From the NCBI GenBank assembly GCA_963808235.1, contig CAWEEQ010000004.1, forward strand, positions 576,001-640,000: DNA of 64,000 bases, read 5' to 3'. Origin of the DNA: an uncultured delta proteobacterium (lineage in GTDB: Bacteria; Desulfobacterota; Binatia; Binatales; Binataceae). Of the stretch, positions 59,625 to 64,000 are shown piece by piece. The notes beneath the pieces were generated by a model. The model was not told the DNA's origin, searched no databases, and worked only from the letters and a program-made list of their open reading frames with translations. Made by a program: the position numbers and the translations under genes. Each line of letters starts with the position of its first letter. Positions within the stretch are counted from its first letter, which is position 1.

Positions 59625-60986
59625 ATGTCAAAAAATATAACGCATGTGATCCTCCTGATGCTGGAGAATCGCTCCTTCGATCACATACTCGGATGCTTGC
59701 AGCAGAAGTACCCGACGCTCGATGGTATCGATCCGAAGGCTCCCGCTAAGAACACCTATCAGACCATCGACTATGTCCAATCGCCCGGCGCCGCGCGTTA
59801 TCTGAACTTCGATCCGCGCCATGAGTACGAGCACGTGATGGTTCAGTTGTCGAATGGCAACGGCGGATTCGTCCAGGACTTCTCGCAGGCGTATCCCAAG
59901 GCGACTTCGACCGATCGTGCCGAGGTGATGAAGTATCACGACCTGAACAAGCTGCCCGCGATGCACGCACTGGCGCAGAACTTCACCGTCTGCGACCACT
60001 GGTTTTCATCGGTACCCGGACCGACCTGGTGCAATCGACTGTTCGCACTCAGCGGAACGTCGCTCGGCCGAGTCGCGATGGCCGAAGGAATCATGAACTT
60101 GAACCTTCACTGGTACGATCAACCCACGATCTTCGACCGGCTCAACGAGCAACAGATCTCCTGGAAAATTTATGCCGGTGACGCGCCGTTGTCCTTGCTC
60201 TTCGTCCATCAATGGGAACCACAAAATGCAGCGCGCTATCGCTTGATGACCGAATTTTATCGCAACGTCGCCTCCTTCAAAAAAGGCAGTGGTCCCACGC
60301 CAGGTCTCCCCCAATTCACTTTCATCGAACCAAGTTATTGTCAGCCGGGCGCGAACGACGCTCATCCTCCGCACGATATTCTTGCCGCCGACGCGCTAGT
60401 CGCCAACGTCTACAACGCGATCAGAGCGAACAAGGATCTATGGGATCAAACGCTGTTGGTCGTCGCGTTCGATGAACACGGAGGTTTCTTCGATCACGTA
60501 ACGCCGCCCGCTACGGTGCCTCCGGATTTTCATCAGGAGGAATACACGTTTGATCAATTCGGGGTGCGCGTTCCTGTCATCCTGGTGTCTCCTTGGGTCG
60601 ACAGGGCGATATTCTCCGATCCCATGGACCATACAGGTCTTCTGAAATATCTGCGTGGACTGTGGTCGTTGGGCCCTTTGGGCTACAGGACCGAGGTTAT
60701 TGGTTCATTCGACGCTGCGTTACTCTCGACAATGCGCGACGACAGTGTGCTCCCGAAGATTGTCTCTACGATGCCTGTCGCGGCGACTCAGCAACCGCCG
60801 CGGGTGGATTCGCTCAATACTCATTCCGGAGCGCTCGTCGCCCTGTCGCATGTTCTCGAGTCGATGGCTGAAGAAGACGCGAACGTCGTTGCCGCACGAG
60901 CGCGCCAGGTGCTGAGCGGCCCGCAGAGTCAAATCGATGCCGCAATCGACAGATTTGAAAGCTTCCTGAAAGTTCGACGCAAATAG
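59625..60986 (+). CDS. Phosphoesterase (phospholipase C/acid phosphatase family)
   Basis: LMLENRSFDH, SSVPGPT..NR, FDEHGGFFDHV, GVRVP.ILVSPW; no signal peptide seen. Confidence 0.9.
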   Translation: MSKNITHVILLMLENRSFDHILGCLQQKYPTLDGIDPKAPAKNTYQTIDYVQSPGAARYLNFDPRHEYEHVMVQLSNGNGGFVQDFSQAYPKATSTDRAEVMKYHDLNKLPAMHALAQNFTVCDHWFSSVPGPTWCNRLFALSGTSLGRVAMAEGIMNLNLHWYDQPTIFDRLNEQQISWKIYAGDAPLSLLFVHQWEPQNAARYRLMTEFYRNVASFKKGSGPTPGLPQFTFIEPSYCQPGANDAHPPHDILAADALVANVYNAIRANKDLWDQTLLVVAFDEHGGFFDHVTPPATVPPDFHQEEYTFDQFGVRVPVILVSPWVDRAIFSDPMDHTGLLKYLRGLWSLGPLGYRTEVIGSFDAALLSTMRDDSVLPKIVSTMPVAATQQPPRVDSLNTHSGALVALSHVLESMAEEDANVVAARARQVLSGPQSQIDAAIDRFESFLKVRRK

Positions 60987-61358
60987 CCGCCTACTTTCGT
61001 TCGGCTAAACTTGAGAACGTTTCACGCGAAACATTCGCGTCGGAACCCCAGCAAATCCTACCACCCCCTTCGAACAGGCGCTACGCGCCGCATCTTACTC
61101 CTCACTCAGGTGCAGGGGCATGGCCCCTGCCCAAGGAAGCGTGAAACCCACGGTGGGTTTCACTACAATTAAATTCTGCTCTCTCTCGGCCCAGCCCGCG
61201 CTGGCCCACCCGGTTTGCTCCCAAGCTTCTCCTCACCCCATGCGACACCCTCACCCCCGCCTTCTCCCTCAAATGCCCCTATGTCATATTCGCCTACCAG
61301 AACGTAACAATAACTCATCCGGATGCCCCACTCGCGGGAGCAATCATGAGGAGCAATC

Positions 61359-62189
61359 ATGAAGTCCAAAACCTGCCGCCTGGTTTCACTTCTGATAGTC
61401 GCGTTTCTCCTGGTACCGGCCCTTGATGCGCGCGCGGATTCCTGCGACGACGCCAAGGACGCGGCCAATAAGTACACCGACTCCTACGAAGAAATTCGCA
61501 CCATCGACGTCGACGCGCTCAAGCATCTGGTCAAGGCGGTATGCGATGCGGACGCGGGCGAACGGAAGCAGGTTTTTCGCGATGAAGCCGATCGAGTCGA
61601 GAGCCTGGTTCTCGGCGAGAAGAGCAAGCTCGACGGCGAGCGCGACGACGCAAATTCAAAGCTCGACGCCGCCATCGCCGATGACCAATGCCAGGATAAG
61701 AAAGACGATCTCTCGGCTCTTAAAGATAGAATCGGGGAAGTCTCCGGACGCATCGAAAAAATTTCCCAGACCGGCGTCAAGCTCGGCAGTAATCCCGCCT
61801 TCGACAAACTTAGAGAGCTCGGCCAGCAAGCGCACGACGACTACTACTCGCACAATTCCAAATGCGCCGACTATAGAGACTTGAAGGTCGGAGACCTCAA
61901 ACCCGATTGTCTCGATCCCGATAAGTGCATGGTCATCGAGCTCAAGCCCGACAACAGCCGCGCCGCCGACAACGGATGGACCAATGCGCAGGCGTCGCGA
62001 GATCTGCTCAACAGCGACGAAGGATTCGACGCCACCGCGGAAGCGAACTCCAACTTCAAAGACGCCTTTGCGCAATGCAAGGGCAAGTTCAAAGCAAGAG
62101 TCGATTGTTATCACTACTGCCCCGATGTAGACGACGACGGGAACTTGAAGAGCACCAGTCTCGATTGGACCACTTGCAAAAGCGACTAG
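61359..62189 (+). CDS. Secreted Cys-rich protein with C-terminal PD-(D/E)xK-like motif
   Basis: RBS GAGGAG; signal ending ARA; acidic coiled region; KPDC...VIELKPDNSRA. Confidence 0.78.
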   Translation: MKSKTCRLVSLLIVAFLLVPALDARADSCDDAKDAANKYTDSYEEIRTIDVDALKHLVKAVCDADAGERKQVFRDEADRVESLVLGEKSKLDGERDDANSKLDAAIADDQCQDKKDDLSALKDRIGEVSGRIEKISQTGVKLGSNPAFDKLRELGQQAHDDYYSHNSKCADYRDLKVGDLKPDCLDPDKCMVIELKPDNSRAADNGWTNAQASRDLLNSDEGFDATAEANSNFKDAFAQCKGKFKARVDCYHYCPDVDDDGNLKSTSLDWTTCKSD

Positions 62190-62580
62190 CGCCCTCCCAA
62201 CCCCTTCTGTCCCACCGAATCTGTCAAGGCTGAACAGTTCATCCTTACTCAACCCCAAACAGCATGGCATTCTGACCGATGGTGAACTGGATGCAGCCTT
62301 TAGAAGAACCCGAGCGAGCGATGCGCGCGCTCGCGTCATCGATACATCCCACGACAACCTGTCACAACAATCCTCCCTCGCGATCACACATCGAAGCCGC
62401 TGGCGCACAAGCATTTGCAGCTCCCGCAACCAGCGGCCGCGCAGAAGTGTCAACCAACGGCAAGGTGTCGCAAAAACTCGCGCCAGCCGAATTTTCGCCC
62501 TCTCTTCGCTCCCCCGTCTTCTCGCTATCGCGTCCGATCAATGCGATATATTTCACGATTTCCCGGCAGGAGTTTGCATC

Positions 62581-63363
62581 GTGAAGAACGTGAAGAATCC
62601 ATTTAGTGTCGAAGGTAAAGTTACGATCGTCACCGGCGGCGGTACCGGAATCGGCGAGTCGATCGCCAAGGAGTTCGCGGCAGCCGGAGCGCCCGTCCTG
62701 ATCGCGAGCCGCAAGGTCGAAAACCTCGAGCGCGTCCGCGACGAAATCCGCAAAGCGGGCGGCAAATGCGAGATGACGCCCGTCGACGTCCGCGACGCCG
62801 AGCAATGCGACAAGATGGTCGCCGAGGCCGTCCGCCACTTCGGCCGTATCGACGTGCTGATCAACAATCACGGCGCGAGCATCACGACCCCCTCGATGAA
62901 TCTCTCGCCCAACGGATGGCGCGCGGTGGTTGGAATCAACCTCGACGGCGTGTTCTTCTGCTCGAAATCGGCGGCGCGCCAGTTTATCGAGCAGAAAAGT
63001 CCCGGCTCGATCGTGAACATATCGTCGACGGCGGGCGTGCATGGCTCGCCGACGATGCTCCCCTACGGCGCCGCGAAAGCGGGCGTGATCAATCTGACCG
63101 TGTCGCACGCCGGCGAATGGGGGCGCGCCGGAATCCGCGTTAACTGTATCGCGCCGGGACCGATCGACACCGAAGGCGCGGCGCCGCGCGTATGGCCCAA
63201 TCCGCAAGTCAAAGCGATGGTTGCGCGGTCGCGCGCGCTCGGCCGCTTCGGCCGCGTCGAGGAAATCGCGTACCCGTGCATGTTCCTCGCCTCCGACGCG
63301 TCGAGCTACGTAACCGGCGCACTATTGATAATCGACGGCGGCGAAGGCGGCCGCCTTGAGTGA
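62581..63363 (+). CDS. SDR oxidoreductase (2,4-dienoyl-CoA reductase-like)
   Basis: TGGGTGIG, LSPNGWRAV, YGAAK, IAPGPI. Confidence 0.9.
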   Translation: MKNVKNPFSVEGKVTIVTGGGTGIGESIAKEFAAAGAPVLIASRKVENLERVRDEIRKAGGKCEMTPVDVRDAEQCDKMVAEAVRHFGRIDVLINNHGASITTPSMNLSPNGWRAVVGINLDGVFFCSKSAARQFIEQKSPGSIVNISSTAGVHGSPTMLPYGAAKAGVINLTVSHAGEWGRAGIRVNCIAPGPIDTEGAAPRVWPNPQVKAMVARSRALGRFGRVEEIAYPCMFLASDASSYVTGALLIIDGGEGGRLE

Positions 63364-63425
63364 GTGGACAAACCGATCGAGCAACAGTAAGTATTTCTTC
63401 GTCTATCGCGAGAGGTTTAGTTCCC

Positions 63426-63884
63426 ATGGCCGATAAAAGCGCAATCGGTAAAACCGGTAAGCCGTTCAAGATGCATGTCGATTGGAGCAAGGTCCGCGAG
63501 TTCGCCCGCGCGATCAAAGATCCCAATCCCGTTTATTTCGATGCCGAACTTGCCAAGAAAGAAGTCGGCGGAATCCCGGTGCCGGTGACTTTTCTGCAGA
63601 CCAGCGCGTTCTGGACTGACGAGACTTCGAGCCCCGGCTTCGGTGGTTTCGATATTCGCCGTATCCTGCATGGCGAGCAGGAGTTCGAATTCTTCAAGCC
63701 CATCTACGTCGGCGACACGCTGACCGGCGTGAGCAAAATCGCGGACGTCTTCGAAAAAGAAGGCGGACGCGGCGGCAAGATGACCTTCCTGGTCAGCGAG
63801 ACCGAGTACACCAACCAGAAGGGCGAGAAGGTCGCGACCTCGCGCGCGACGCTGATCGAAACCGGCCAGGCGGTCAAAGCCTGA
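63426..63884 (+). CDS. MaoC N-terminal/FAS1-like dehydratase subunit
   Basis: KVREFARAI.D.NP, P.TF, LHGEQEF. Confidence 0.85.
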   Translation: MADKSAIGKTGKPFKMHVDWSKVREFARAIKDPNPVYFDAELAKKEVGGIPVPVTFLQTSAFWTDETSSPGFGGFDIRRILHGEQEFEFFKPIYVGDTLTGVSKIADVFEKEGGRGGKMTFLVSETEYTNQKGEKVATSRATLIETGQAVKA

Positions 63885-63900
63885 AGAGCGGAGAATCAAG

Positions 63901-64000
63901 ATGGCAGCAAAATTGAAATTCGATTCGGTCAAAGTCGGCGACGAGATTCCGAAGTACGTGGTCCAGGGCGTGACTCGTCCCGACTTCGTACGCTATGCGG
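63901..64000 (+). CDS. MaoC-family dehydratase, 5' end (partial)
   Basis: MAAKLKFDSVKVGDEIP...TRPDFVRYA after RBS GGAG; typical partner of the upstream gene. Confidence 0.7.
   Translation, partial: MAAKLKFDSVKVGDEIPKYVVQGVTRPDFVRYA

Overview
GC-rich bacterial chromosomal window. The gene content suggests Candidatus Binatota/Deltaproteobacteria-like (inference only). Core loci: an ISC Fe-S operon (iscU'-iscA-hscB-hscA-iscX, no fdx), argC, rplM-rpsI with tRNA-Asp, tig-clpP-clpX-lon-HU-tRNA-Val, and hppA. Metabolic and accessory loci: an ethylmalonyl-CoA pathway cluster (ccr divergent from a split mesaconyl-CoA hydratase, mcd and mcl), a FecR/beta-barrel/CHASE2-adenylate cyclase module, an RND pump coupled to an RHH-acetolactate decarboxylase fusion, an ars operon, lvaCAB-like genes and several Pro/Thr-linker surface proteins. 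Four signals stand out. (1) An array of single-gene cassettes lies downstream of tRNA-Val, separated by three copies of the tRNA 3' half (two within a ~143-bp direct repeat), with a tyrosine-integrase remnant and putative arm sites. (2) A tandem duplication covers a whole sigma54-type transcription unit encoding secreted low-complexity proteins that share a Cys-bounded DRYTGHPAAA core. (3) A strand-specific gradient of A-ending synonymous codons in hppA rises toward a cluster of REP-like palindromes. (4) A secreted Cys-rich protein carries a restriction-endonuclease-like toxin motif. At least eight single-base frameshifts, including one in lon, most likely reflect long-read assembly errors. 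Family assignments come from motif recognition by eye, not from database searches.
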